A stretch of 48,511 nucleotides of DNA from Lysobacterales bacterium. GTDB lineage: Bacteria > Pseudomonadota > Gammaproteobacteria > Xanthomonadales > Xanthomonadaceae. A model generated the notes under the pieces. It ran no database searches and was not told the origin of the DNA. It was given only the letters and a program-made list of their open reading frames with translations. A program made the translations under genes and the position numbers. Shown one piece after another: positions 38,744-48,452 of this stretch (position 1 is the stretch's first letter; each line of letters opens with the position of its first letter). The stretch lies in NCBI GenBank assembly GCA_020442545.1, contig JAGRJX010000052.1:1-48511 (forward strand), in the 5' to 3' direction.

Positions 38744-38879
38744 CTCGGGTCAGTCCAGAAGACGGGAAAAGGCCGCAAATTTTACGTCCTCAGCCGCTCC
38801 CGGGCCAATGCGGGTCTTTGAGCGGCAGGATGGCGGCTGGGCGAGGGTTTCCGTAGTGCCGGAAGTCATCGGGGATATG

Positions 38880-39380
38880 TGACAACTCTCAGGGTGGAGA
38901 GTTTGTTCATTGTTTGGATCAGGAGCTTTCACTGGCCCGTTGGGCCAGCGACCTACTTTCTCTTGCTTGTCCAAGAGATAAGTAGGCAAAGAGAAGGACA
39001 CCCCGCGTTCGCGCCTGCTTCGCAGGTTCGTGAGTCGGAGCCGGGGTTTTCGACAATTCATCCTTGAATCGGCGAAAACGCGCGTGCGTCCTGCACGCGC
39101 CCCTTCGGGCCTTTTCGTCTCCATCTCACCGCTACCGAGGGGGGCCGAACAGCTTCGCGATATGCAGCCTTTTCGCTCTTGGGTCCCGTGGGAGCGCCGA
39201 GTAGCGCAAGAAACTGGCGGGGAAAGGCGCGCATGTTTGAGGCCATGGATGGCCGAGTTCGCGCCGGCCGCCGGATTCCGAGCAACGCAGGGAACATCGA
39301 CGGCTTCATCGTCGATGCGCGGACTTCGGGTCGGCTTTCTTTTGGTGACTTTTCTTTGCCGAAACAAAGAAAAGCCACTC
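38880..39380. repeat. Cluster of palindromic (REP-like) hairpin units in a 0.7-kb non-coding gap
   Basis: At least six strong hairpins: 38932-38948, 38952-38986, 39046-39079, 39080-39100, 39295-39317 and 39345-39378. The last is gtgacttttctttg/ccgaaa/caaagaaaagccac. Confidence 0.6.
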
Positions 39381-39441
39381 GGCAGCTGCAAAGCAGATGT
39401 CGAAAGCTCTTGCTTCAAATGCCTGGCCGATACCGTGCGCA

Positions 39442-42400
39442 TCACGCCCCCTGAACGCGCTCCGGCGCCGCTTCGTCGCGTCGAACCCGGAACCACGCCG
39501 CATACAGCGCCGGCAGAAACAGCAGCGTCAGCGCCGTGGCGAACAGCAGGCCACCCATGATCGCCACGGCCATCGGGCCGAAGAACACGCTGCGCGACAG
39601 CGGGATCATGGCCAGCATGGCGGCCAGGGCGGTCAGTACGATGGGCCGGAAGCGGCGCACGGTAGCGTCGACGATGGCCTGCCAGCGCGTATGACCGGAG
39701 GCTATGTCCTGCTCGATCTGGTCGATCAGGATCACCGAGTTGCGCATGATCATCCCCGACAGGGCGATGGTGCCGAGCATGGCGACGAAGCCGAAGGGCA
39801 CCCGGAACAGCAGCAGGAAGGCGGAAACGCCGATCAGGCCCAGCGGCGCGGACAGCAGCACCATCAGCACGCGCGGGAAGCGCTTGAGCTGGATCATCAG
39901 CAAGGTCAGCACCACGCCGAGAAACAGCGGCATGCCGGCGTTGACCGAACGCTGTCCGCGCTGCGAATCCTCGACCGTGCCGCCGGTTTCCAGCAGGTAG
40001 CCGCTGGGCAGCGCCGCGCGCACGTCGTCCAGCGTCGGCTCGATCTGCGTCACCACGCTGGCTGCCTGCTCCTTGCCATAGATGTCGGCGCGCACGGTGA
40101 CGGTGGGCAGGCGGTTGCGATGCCAGATGATGCCTTCCTCGAAGCCGTACTCGAGCCTGGCGATCTGCGATAGCGGGACGCTTCGGCCGTTCGCGGTGGG
40201 CACGGCAAGGCTGCCGATCAGTGACAGACGCGCCCGCTCATTGTCCGGGCCGCGCAGCAGGATCTCGATCAGCTCGTTGCCTTCGCGGTATTCGCTGATG
40301 TGGCTGCCGGACAGCGAACTCTGCAGAAACTTGGCCAGCAGCGCGGAGCTGACGCCCAGCGCGCGGGCGCGATCCTGATCAACGTCCAGGCGCACGACCT
40401 TGCTGGGTTCCTCCCAGTCGAGGTTGACGTTGGTGACATGCGGATTGGCGCGCACCTTGTCGGCAACTTCGCGGGCCAGCTTGCGGACTTCATCGATATG
40501 CTCGCCGGACACACGGAACTGCACCGGATAGCCGACCGGCGGACCGTTCTCCAGGCGCGTCACGCGGGCGCGGATGTCGCTGAAGTCGGTATTGAAGAGG
40601 TCAATAAGCCAGCTGCGAACCTTTTCGCGCTCCTCGATGTTCTCGGTCAGCAGCACGAACTGGCTGAAGTTCGGGCTCGGCAGCTGCTGGTCCAGCGGCA
40701 GGTAGAAGCGCGGCGCGCCGGTGCCGACGTAGGCGGCGTAATTGACGATGCCGGGGTGGCCCTTGAGCTTGGCCTCCAGCTTGGCTGCCTGCGCTTCGGT
40801 GGCCTTCAGTGAGGCGCCTTCCGGCAGTTTGAGGTCGACCATCAATTCGAGGCGTGTCGAGGCCGGGAAGAACTGCTGCGGCACGAAGCGGAACAGCAGC
40901 ACGGCGGCGACAAAGCAGGCCACGGTGATCGCAATCACCGTCTTGCGGTATTCCACGCAGCAGTCGATCAGCCTGCGGACGCGCTGGTAGAAGCGGGTCT
41001 GGTAGGGATCATGCGGTTCGTGCGCGCTACCACCATGCTTCCTGGAAAAGTCGGGCAGCAGCTTGTCGCCCAGCCACGGCACGAACACCACGGCGGCGAT
41101 CCAGCTGACCAGCAGGGCAATCGTGACCACTTCAAAAAGCGAACGCGTGTATTCGCCGGTAGAGCTTTGCGCGGTAGCAATGGGCAGGAAGCCGGCGGCG
41201 GTGACCAGCGTGCCGGTGAGCATGGGGAAGGCGGTGGTCTTCCAGGTGAAACCGGCAGCCTGCAGGCGCGAATAACCCTGCTCCATCTTCACCGACATCA
41301 TTTCCACGGCGATGATGGCGTCATCAACGAGCAGGCCCAGGGCCACGACCAGCGCACCCAGCGAAATCTTGTGCAGGCCGATGCCGAAGTAGTGCATCAG
41401 CGCAAAGGTCATCGCCAGCACCAGCGGGATCGACAGCGCCACCACCAGGCCGGTCCGGAAACCCAGCGAAAAGAAACTGACCAGCAACACGATGATCAGC
41501 GCCTCGGCCAGCACGCGCACGAATTCACCTACCGAATCACGCACGGCCTGCGGCTGATCGGCAACGCGGGCCAGCGTCATGCCGACCGGCAGGGTCTGCT
41601 GCAGCCGCGCGAATTCGCGGTCCAGCGCCCGCCCAAGTTCGAGAATGTCGCCGCCTGCCTTCATCGACACGGCGATGCCGATGGCGTCCTCGCCCATGAA
41701 GCGCATCTTCGGCGCCGGCGGATCGGAGAAGCCGCGATGCACGTCGGCGACATCGCCAATGCGGAAGCTGCGCCCGTCGACGCTGATCGGGAAGTCGCGA
41801 ATGTCTTCGACACGCTCGAAACGACCGGATACGCGCAACTGCACGCGGTCGGTTGGCGTTTCGAAAAAGCCGGTGGGGACGACGGCGTTCTGCTCGTCCA
41901 GGGCCTGCTGCACGGCGGTCATCGGCACGCCCAGCGTAGCCAGCTTGGTGTTGCTGAGCTCGATCCAGATCTTCTCGTCCTGCAGGCCGATCAGCTCGAC
42001 CTTGGCGACGTCGGGAATGCGCTGCAGCTCCAGCTCCAACCGTTCGGCGTAGTCCTTCATGGTGGCGTAGTCGAAACCATCGCCGGTCAGCGCGTAGATG
42101 TTGCCGAAGGTGTCGCCGAATTCATCGTTGAAGAACGGTCCGATCACGCCGGGCGGCAACTGGGCGCGAATGTCGCCGGTCTTCTTGCGCACCTGATAGA
42201 ACAGGTCCGGCAGTTCAGCGCTGCGCATGTCGTCACGGGCGACAAAGATGATCTGCGACACGCCCGGCCGCGAGTAGGCGCGGATCATCTGGTAGTCGCC
42301 GGTCTCCATGAGCTTCTTCTCGATCCGCTCGGTGACCTGCCTGGCAACTTCCTCGGCGGTGGCGCCCGGCCACAGCGTGCGCACCACCATGGCCTTGAAG

Positions 42401-42573
42401 GTGAATGGCGGATCCTCGCTCTGGCCCAGACGCAGGTAGCTCCAGGCGCCAATGATGGCCAGCGCGATCATGGCGTAGAGCACCAGACCGCGGTTGTGCA
42501 GCGCCCATTCGCTCAGATTGAAGCGGCCATGGCTGGTGGCGCCAGTGCGGTCGCCGGTCCGGTTCGACATCAA
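39442..42573 (-). CDS. RND efflux transporter permease (AcrB/HAE1-like)
   Basis: 1043 aa with the 12-TM, two-large-loop RND architecture. Begins RFNLSEWALHNRGLVLYAMIAL. Lies downstream of an MFP gene. Confidence 0.92.
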   Translation of the reverse strand: MMSNRTGDRTGATSHGRFNLSEWALHNRGLVLYAMIALAIIGAWSYLRLGQSEDPPFTFKAMVVRTLWPGATAEEVARQVTERIEKKLMETGDYQMIRAYSRPGVSQIIFVARDDMRSAELPDLFYQVRKKTGDIRAQLPPGVIGPFFNDEFGDTFGNIYALTGDGFDYATMKDYAERLELELQRIPDVAKVELIGLQDEKIWIELSNTKLATLGVPMTAVQQALDEQNAVVPTGFFETPTDRVQLRVSGRFERVEDIRDFPISVDGRSFRIGDVADVHRGFSDPPAPKMRFMGEDAIGIAVSMKAGGDILELGRALDREFARLQQTLPVGMTLARVADQPQAVRDSVGEFVRVLAEALIIVLLVSFFSLGFRTGLVVALSIPLVLAMTFALMHYFGIGLHKISLGALVVALGLLVDDAIIAVEMMSVKMEQGYSRLQAAGFTWKTTAFPMLTGTLVTAAGFLPIATAQSSTGEYTRSLFEVVTIALLVSWIAAVVFVPWLGDKLLPDFSRKHGGSAHEPHDPYQTRFYQRVRRLIDCCVEYRKTVIAITVACFVAAVLLFRFVPQQFFPASTRLELMVDLKLPEGASLKATEAQAAKLEAKLKGHPGIVNYAAYVGTGAPRFYLPLDQQLPSPNFSQFVLLTENIEEREKVRSWLIDLFNTDFSDIRARVTRLENGPPVGYPVQFRVSGEHIDEVRKLAREVADKVRANPHVTNVNLDWEEPSKVVRLDVDQDRARALGVSSALLAKFLQSSLSGSHISEYREGNELIEILLRGPDNERARLSLIGSLAVPTANGRSVPLSQIARLEYGFEEGIIWHRNRLPTVTVRADIYGKEQAASVVTQIEPTLDDVRAALPSGYLLETGGTVEDSQRGQRSVNAGMPLFLGVVLTLLMIQLKRFPRVLMVLLSAPLGLIGVSAFLLLFRVPFGFVAMLGTIALSGMIMRNSVILIDQIEQDIASGHTRWQAIVDATVRRFRPIVLTALAAMLAMIPLSRSVFFGPMAVAIMGGLLFATALTLLFLPALYAAWFRVRRDEAAPERVQGA

Positions 42574-42608
42574 TCAGTCCCCACTGATGCTTGCTGCCGA
42601 TCCACGCC

Positions 42609-43730
42609 TCAGGGCGCGGCGGCGAGGTTCACGCGGCGGTTGTCACCGTCGATGGGCCGGATCTTCTGCCCGGCACGCAGCATGTGCACGCCGGCGGCTA
42701 CCACCCATTCGCCGGGCTCGACGCCGTCGAGGATCGGCACGCTGCTCTCGCCGTAGGCGCCGGTGCGTACATCGCGGCGCTGCACCTTGTGGCTCTGCGG
42801 ATCAACCACCCAGACGTAGGCCTGTCCCTGCTCGGCGGTAACGGCCGACAGCGGCAGCGACAGCTGGCCTTCGGTCGGCGTGTTGCCGACGTAGACGCGC
42901 GCGCTCTGGCCCAGCTCGGCCGCGGCGGCAGGGTCTTCCAGGCTCACCCGGGCTGCATAGGTGCGGCTCAGCGGATCGGCAGCGGCCGACAGCTCGCGCA
43001 GCTTGCCGGGATAGCGCTTGCCCTGCTTCGACCACAGTTCGATCACCATCGGCTGGCCCAGCTTGAACTGGTCGATGTCCTGTTCGGGAAGGCTGATCGC
43101 GACTTCGCGCTCGCCGTCCTCGGCCATGACGAACACCGGTTGGCCTGCGGCAACCACCTGCCCGGCTTCGGCCAGCCGGCTGACGATGACGCCTGCAGCC
43201 GGAGCACGGAGCACGGCGTACTCGGCCTGGTTCTTTGCCACGTCGAACTGGCCTCGCGCCTGCTGCACCCTGGACTGCGCCAGACGCCAGGCGTTTTCGC
43301 GGGCGTCGAACTGCGATTGCCCGACCAGGCCACGCTGCAGCAGTGACTGGTAGCGCTCGCGCTCTGACGCTGCGAGCTTAAGGTCGGCTTCGGCGGCATG
43401 CAGGCCGGCGCGCGCCACGTCCAGCTGCAGGCGGACATCGTCGGCGTCCAGTTCTGCCAGCGGCTGATTGGCCTTCACGCGGTCGCCGGCGTCGACATGG
43501 CGCTTGGCCAGCTTGCCGCCGATACGGAAAGCCAGCTGCGGCTCGCGCTGTGCACGCACCTCGCCGGAGAACGCGGTCAGCCTCATGCCGGCGCTGTCCG
43601 GCTGGACCACGATGGCCGGGCGGATCATTTCCGGGGCATCGGCCTGCTCGCCACAGGCGCTTAGCAGCAGGACCGTCGCCAGCAGCGCAGGCACCATGAA
43701 ACGGCGGGAAGGGCTTGTTTTACGGGACAT
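42609..43730 (-). CDS. RND efflux periplasmic adaptor (membrane fusion protein, lipoprotein)
   Basis: Lipobox LLLSAC, a coiled-coil hairpin region (DVARAGLHAAEADLKLAASERERYQSLL) and barrel-sandwich/beta-barrel segments. 373 aa. Confidence 0.9.
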   Translation of the reverse strand: MSRKTSPSRRFMVPALLATVLLLSACGEQADAPEMIRPAIVVQPDSAGMRLTAFSGEVRAQREPQLAFRIGGKLAKRHVDAGDRVKANQPLAELDADDVRLQLDVARAGLHAAEADLKLAASERERYQSLLQRGLVGQSQFDARENAWRLAQSRVQQARGQFDVAKNQAEYAVLRAPAAGVIVSRLAEAGQVVAAGQPVFVMAEDGEREVAISLPEQDIDQFKLGQPMVIELWSKQGKRYPGKLRELSAAADPLSRTYAARVSLEDPAAAAELGQSARVYVGNTPTEGQLSLPLSAVTAEQGQAYVWVVDPQSHKVQRRDVRTGAYGESSVPILDGVEPGEWVVAAGVHMLRAGQKIRPIDGDNRRVNLAAAP

Positions 43731-43841
43731 GTGATGTCGTCCGCTGTAATTGAACTGGTCGGTATAGTAAAATGGGCCTTCCTGAAAGTAAACCCATCAG
43801 TCCAATAATTAAACCGCTTCCTTAGCCAGACGATTTTCCGC

Positions 43842-44492
43842 ATGACCGCAGCAGCCCGAAGCGCCGGCCCCGGCCGACCCAAAGACCTCGAAAAGCGCGC
43901 CGCCATCCTCGATGCGGCCAAGCGCCTGTTCCTGGAGCGCAGCTACGACGGGGTCAGCATGGACGTCATCGCCGCTGAGGCGGGCGTGTCCAAGCTGACC
44001 GTCTACAGTCATTTCAAGGACAAGGAGTCGCTGTTCGCGGCTGCGGTCGAGGCACGCTGCGACGAACAGCTCCCGGCAACGCTGTTCCGGCCCGGTTCGG
44101 CCGATGAAGGCATCGGACCGCGGCTTCGTCGGATCGCCAGGAGTTTCCACGCGCTGGCGACCGGGCCGGAGGCCATCGAGCTGTTCCGGGTGATGGCCGC
44201 GCAGGCGCAATCCAATCCGGAAATGGCGCAGCGATTCTACGAGGCCGGCCCGAAGCGCACGCTGGCCGAGATGGAAGCGGTGTTCCGCGATGCCGTCGCC
44301 AGGGGACAGCTTGAAATGGATGACCCGAAGCGCAGTGCCGGACATTTCTTCTGCCTGCTCAAGGGCGAGATGCACATGCGCCGCCTGATCGGCTGCTGCG
44401 AGTCGATCGACGCGCGCGAATGCGAGGAGCACATCGACAGCGTGGTGCGCCTCTTCCTTCGCGCCTATCTGCCGCCCGGCACGGCGGCCTGA
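43842..44492 (+). CDS. TetR/AcrR family transcriptional repressor
   Basis: N-terminal HTH SMDVIAAEAGVSKLTVYSHFKDKESLF. Divergent from the MFP/RND pair across a 111-bp AT-richer spacer. Confidence 0.9.
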   Translation: MTAAARSAGPGRPKDLEKRAAILDAAKRLFLERSYDGVSMDVIAAEAGVSKLTVYSHFKDKESLFAAAVEARCDEQLPATLFRPGSADEGIGPRLRRIARSFHALATGPEAIELFRVMAAQAQSNPEMAQRFYEAGPKRTLAEMEAVFRDAVARGQLEMDDPKRSAGHFFCLLKGEMHMRRLIGCCESIDARECEEHIDSVVRLFLRAYLPPGTAA

Positions 44493-44504
44493 TCCGCCAG
44501 TCTG

Positions 44505-46640
44505 CTAGGGCGCAGGACAGGCATCGCCGTCCTCCATGCCACTGCAGAAAATCCACTGCCCGCTGCCAGTGGCGAAGCTGGCCGTCAGCCGCGTACCGGA
44601 AAAATCCGGTGCCCCGACCACCATGATGTACCAGGTGCCGGCAGCCGGCGTTGCCGAGGTGCAGCTTTCGTTGTTGCCGGACAGGAACGGCCGGCATTCC
44701 CAGTGGTTTTCATCGGGAATGTTGCCATGGCGAACGTACAGATCGGCATCGCCGCTGCCGCCGCTGATACTGATGTCGAGGTTCGAAGCACCGCTGGGGA
44801 CATCGATCGCGAAGTACCGCGGCGTTTCACCGGTGGTTCCGAAGCTGCCGGTCTGCACCCCGTTGCTCAAGGCCGTGATCGGCGCCTCGAACAGCGCGTG
44901 GACTTCGGCAGCATGCTGCATGGACACCACGCAGGTCGGTGAACTGTTCGAACAAGGCCCGAACCAGCTGGAGAAAGTAAAACCCGGCGCCGCGTTGGCC
45001 TGCAGCGTGACGGTTGCGTTGGTCGCATAGCGCGTCGAACAGGAAGTGCCGGACTGCGTTCCGCAGTTGATGCCTGCCGGTGAGCTGGTCACGCTGCCAT
45101 GACCAAAGCCGTAAAGCGCCACGCTCATCGGCATATTCGTGATCGTGCCGCCCGTGGCTGCTGCAACCGCGGCATTCGCGTCCACGATGCCGCTGCCGCA
45201 ACCCAGGGTGCAGGGGACTGGAAACGGACGCGCCGTGTCGATCAGCAGGGTCTCGATCTGGTCCGGCGTCAGCGAGGAGTTCTCGCCGATCATCAGCGCG
45301 GCCACACCGGCCACTTGCGGCGCCGCCATCGAGGTGCCGTCCTTGTAGTTATAGCCGGCAGCCAACGGCGTGGTGGTGCCGGTGTTGACCGTGGAGGCAA
45401 TGCCGTTCGCTGGCGCAACGTCACTGTCGCCACCCGGTGCGGCGATATCAATGGTCGGATCGAAGTTCGAGTAGCTGGCACGACCACCATCGCGCCGGCT
45501 GGACGCCACCGCGATCACGCCGTTGCAGTTGGCCGGCGTGAAGAACTGTGTCGGTGCATTGCTGTTGCCGGCGGCCACGATCAGCACTGATCCGTTGGCG
45601 CGTGCCGTGTTGATCGCGGTCTGGTAGGTGGTGCTGCAGGCCGACTGGCCACCCAGGCTCAGGTTCAGTACATGTGCCGGGGTGGCATTGTCCGGAATGC
45701 CGGACACCGTACCGCCGCTGGCCCAGACGATGCCGTCGGCAATGTCGGCGGTGCTGCCGCCACAAGTGCCCAGCACACGCACATGCTGCAGATACGAGTT
45801 GTAGGCCACGCCGGCGACACCTTCGGTGTTGTTGGTCAACGCCGCGGCGATGCCGGCGACATGGGTGCCATGCCAGGTGGAATCATGCGCCGGCGAATCC
45901 GGGCCACACTGGTTGGCCGTGTTCCAGTCGCCCATGTCGCTGGGATCGTTGTCGCGGCCATTGCCATCGCGCGCGTTGGCCGGGTCGCTGATCATGTCGA
46001 TGCCCGGCAGCGTCTTGTTGTTCGGAAACGGCTGGCCGTTGTCGAGGTCGGGATGATAGGTCTGCCCGGTGTCGATCACCGCGATCACCACGCCAAGACC
46101 ATCCGCGCCTGAATCCCAGGCCGGTTCCACGTTGATGCCGCCGGTCGCCTCGAGAATCGGCCACTGATAGCTGAGGAAAGGATCGTTGGGCAGCGCCAGG
46201 GCGTGCAGCCGGATGTTCGGCTCGATGGAAGCAACCTGCGGATCCCTGGCCAGCGCCAGCAGCAGGCGATCCGCCGCACCGGCGCCCAGGGCGTCTCCCT
46301 CGACGCGGAGCAGATGACCGCCGGTGCTGATCCGGCGATCTGCCCGCAGCGACAGCCCCAGCGGCTGCGACGCAGCGTCCAGCAGGCTGTCCAGCCGTGA
46401 TCGCGCGGCCAGCGCCTTGGCACTGCCGTCGTCACCGGCCTTGGCATCGTCACGCAGATAGACGATGAAACTGTCGTAGGTCTGGGTGCTGCCTTCGGCC
46501 GGGAAGAACACCCGCCCGGCATGCCGGTCGCGGGTCATCTTGTCGACCGCGTCAGCGTCGTGGCTGATGCCGCCCAGGAACAGGGCCATGCTGGCCAGTG
46601 CCAGTGACCGCCGCGCGGGCCAAGGTGATCGACGCTTCAT
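44505..46640 (-). CDS. Secreted S8 (subtilisin-like) serine protease with C-terminal repeat and pre-peptidase (PPC) domains
   Basis: Signal peptide from MKRRSPWPARRSLALASMALFLGG. Catalytic triad contexts VIAVIDTG (Asp), HGTHVAGI (His) and GTSMAAPQVAG (Ser). PPC-like tail SGGSGDADLYVRHG...GTWYIMVVG. Confidence 0.9.
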   Translation of the reverse strand: MKRRSPWPARRSLALASMALFLGGISHDADAVDKMTRDRHAGRVFFPAEGSTQTYDSFIVYLRDDAKAGDDGSAKALAARSRLDSLLDAASQPLGLSLRADRRISTGGHLLRVEGDALGAGAADRLLLALARDPQVASIEPNIRLHALALPNDPFLSYQWPILEATGGINVEPAWDSGADGLGVVIAVIDTGQTYHPDLDNGQPFPNNKTLPGIDMISDPANARDGNGRDNDPSDMGDWNTANQCGPDSPAHDSTWHGTHVAGIAAALTNNTEGVAGVAYNSYLQHVRVLGTCGGSTADIADGIVWASGGTVSGIPDNATPAHVLNLSLGGQSACSTTYQTAINTARANGSVLIVAAGNSNAPTQFFTPANCNGVIAVASSRRDGGRASYSNFDPTIDIAAPGGDSDVAPANGIASTVNTGTTTPLAAGYNYKDGTSMAAPQVAGVAALMIGENSSLTPDQIETLLIDTARPFPVPCTLGCGSGIVDANAAVAAATGGTITNMPMSVALYGFGHGSVTSSPAGINCGTQSGTSCSTRYATNATVTLQANAAPGFTFSSWFGPCSNSSPTCVVSMQHAAEVHALFEAPITALSNGVQTGSFGTTGETPRYFAIDVPSGASNLDISISGGSGDADLYVRHGNIPDENHWECRPFLSGNNESCTSATPAAGTWYIMVVGAPDFSGTRLTASFATGSGQWIFCSGMEDGDACPAP

Positions 46641-46900
46641 GGTGCATGCCTCCGGCAACCAGGGAACCGTGACGCCGGCGGCTGCTTCCGGTCGCGGCAG
46701 AAACCGCACCGTCCGGAGCGCGTCGGTGCCTCCTGATCAACAAAGCGTCAGAACGAGGGAAATCCGATCACCGCCCATGGACGAGACCGACAACGAAGGT
46801 CGGCGTAGGCAACGGGATGCTTGCGGCGGAGCGGAATGAACGCGCACCGGGACGCATGAACGACGTGCATGAGGCGCGGCCAGAGCGCGTCCGGCGCACC

Positions 46901-48139
46901 TCAATCCGATCGCGGACGCGGCGTCCGCCACAGCAGGCGCTCGGCGACACGCATCCACGGCGGCGGGCGCGGATCGCTGGCATCCAGGGTGCGTGCCAGC
47001 AGTCGCCGGAACGGCGGGAAGTGCTGCCCAAAGCGAAGCCCGGCGCGGCGCAGCACACGCGCCGGCAGGCGATCGTCACCGTACAGCTGCACGATGCCCT
47101 GCGTGGCGAGAAACAGCGGGCGGGTGATCGCACGGAACTCGTGCTGGAAGGCGTCCAGCACGGCATCGTCACCGATATCAACACCACGCCCGTGCGCTCC
47201 GCGAAGTCGGTCGGCCAGCAGTGCAATGCCGCGCAGCGCCAGGTTGTAGCCGTGCGCGGTGATCGGATGCATACCCACCGCGGCATCACCGATGCAGGCA
47301 AACCGGCGCGCAACACAGCGCTCCGGATGAACCCCGACCAGCGGATACGCAAAGCGCTCACCGACCAGTTCCATGGTGCCCAGCCGCTGCCGGAACCGGC
47401 GCGTGATGTCGTCATTGAAGGCGGCCTCGGGCAGGTCGCGCAGCGAATCGATGGCGCTGGGTGGCAACGTGATCACCACCGACGCCAGGTTGTCGCCCAG
47501 CGGCAACAGCGCCAGGGTCTGGCCGTAGTCCAGCCACTCCCAGGCCACGCCCGGCTGCGGTCGCTGCAGGCGCATCCGGCAGACCAGCATGCTGCGGCCA
47601 AAGTCGTGCATGCGGGCAGGAATGCCGGCCGCACGCCGGGTCGACGAGAAGCGGCTGTCGGCGGCAACGATCAGGCGCGCCGGAATCCGCTCACCGTCAT
47701 CGAGAACGGCCACCGCGGCATCCGCTTCACGTCCGGCGTGCTGCAGGCGGCGGCCCAGGTACCAGTCGATACCGCCTTCTGCCTGTGCCTGCGCATAGGC
47801 GACCCGGCGCAGCGCGTGGTTGGAGACCATCCAGCCGAGCTGCGGCTGCCCGGACGGCGGCGAAACGGTCATCGGTCGCAGTGAACTGCCGTCGAACACC
47901 CGGGCTTCGCGCAGCGGTGGCTGCTCGCCGGTTTCAAGCCGCTGCCACTGTCCCCACTGGCGCAACAACGACTGCGACAACGGCGTCAACGCAATCTCGC
48001 GGCCGTCGTCAGGCGGCGCCGACAGCGCCGCCTCATCTGCGGGATCGACGACGCTGACGCGCAGGCCTGCCTGCGACAAGGCGATGGCGAGACTGAGGCC
48101 CGATGGGCCGGCACCGGCGACAACGACATCCGTGTTCAT
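46901..48139 (-). CDS. FAD-dependent monooxygenase, UbiH/UbiF/VisC/COQ6 family
   Basis: MNTDVVVAGAGPSGLSLA (GxGxxG) and IGDAAVGMHPITAHGYNLALR (family motif). About 412 aa from the ATG at 48139. Confidence 0.85.
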   Translation of the reverse strand: MNTDVVVAGAGPSGLSLAIALSQAGLRVSVVDPADEAALSAPPDDGREIALTPLSQSLLRQWGQWQRLETGEQPPLREARVFDGSSLRPMTVSPPSGQPQLGWMVSNHALRRVAYAQAQAEGGIDWYLGRRLQHAGREADAAVAVLDDGERIPARLIVAADSRFSSTRRAAGIPARMHDFGRSMLVCRMRLQRPQPGVAWEWLDYGQTLALLPLGDNLASVVITLPPSAIDSLRDLPEAAFNDDITRRFRQRLGTMELVGERFAYPLVGVHPERCVARRFACIGDAAVGMHPITAHGYNLALRGIALLADRLRGAHGRGVDIGDDAVLDAFQHEFRAITRPLFLATQGIVQLYGDDRLPARVLRRAGLRFGQHFPPFRRLLARTLDASDPRPPPWMRVAERLLWRTPRPRSD

Positions 48140-48275
48140 GGGCTTCTGCACCTGCTGGACCAAGGCGTCGAATCTCGTCGATTGCCCTGGCGCGCGCCTT
48201 GATCCAGGTCATCCACCCGGAGATTGGCAACAGACGGGCTGCGCCATGCCCTGCTTCGTGCTTCAATGACGGCCT

Positions 48276-48356
48276 GAAGCGGGGGTGTCTGCCGGGCGGC
48301 AGGCTGAGAAAAACCCTTCGAACCTGATCCGGCTGATCCCGGCGTAGGGAAGCTTC
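48276..48356 (+). promoter_or_regulatory. TPP (THI-box) riboswitch aptamer
   Basis: The P1 arms gaagc (48276-48280) and gcttc (48352-48356) enclose gggggtg...ggctgagaaaaaccctt.gaacctgatccggctgatcccggcgtagggaa. This matches the conserved CUGAGA and ACCUGAUC.GG....CCGGCGUAGGGAA cores. It lies about 100 nt upstream of an ATG. Confidence 0.9.
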
Positions 48357-48452
48357 GCGCGCCGCCGCGTCAATTCGCCGCTGGCCGTGTCTCCGCTTCG
48401 TCTCTTCCCGGCTGCGCGCGTGCAGCCACGGCTTGAACACAGGACGAATGCC

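Noticed and set aside
38750-39560. 248-aa (minus) and 176-aa (plus) ORFs filling the pcm-like/RND gap
   Set aside because: They are Arg/Ser/Pro/Lys-rich and read through successive palindromes, on both strands equally. I treat the region as a non-coding repeat cluster.
41011-42756. 581-aa + strand ORF opposite the RND permease and MFP genes
   Set aside because: It spans two real genes on the other strand and has no recognisable domains.
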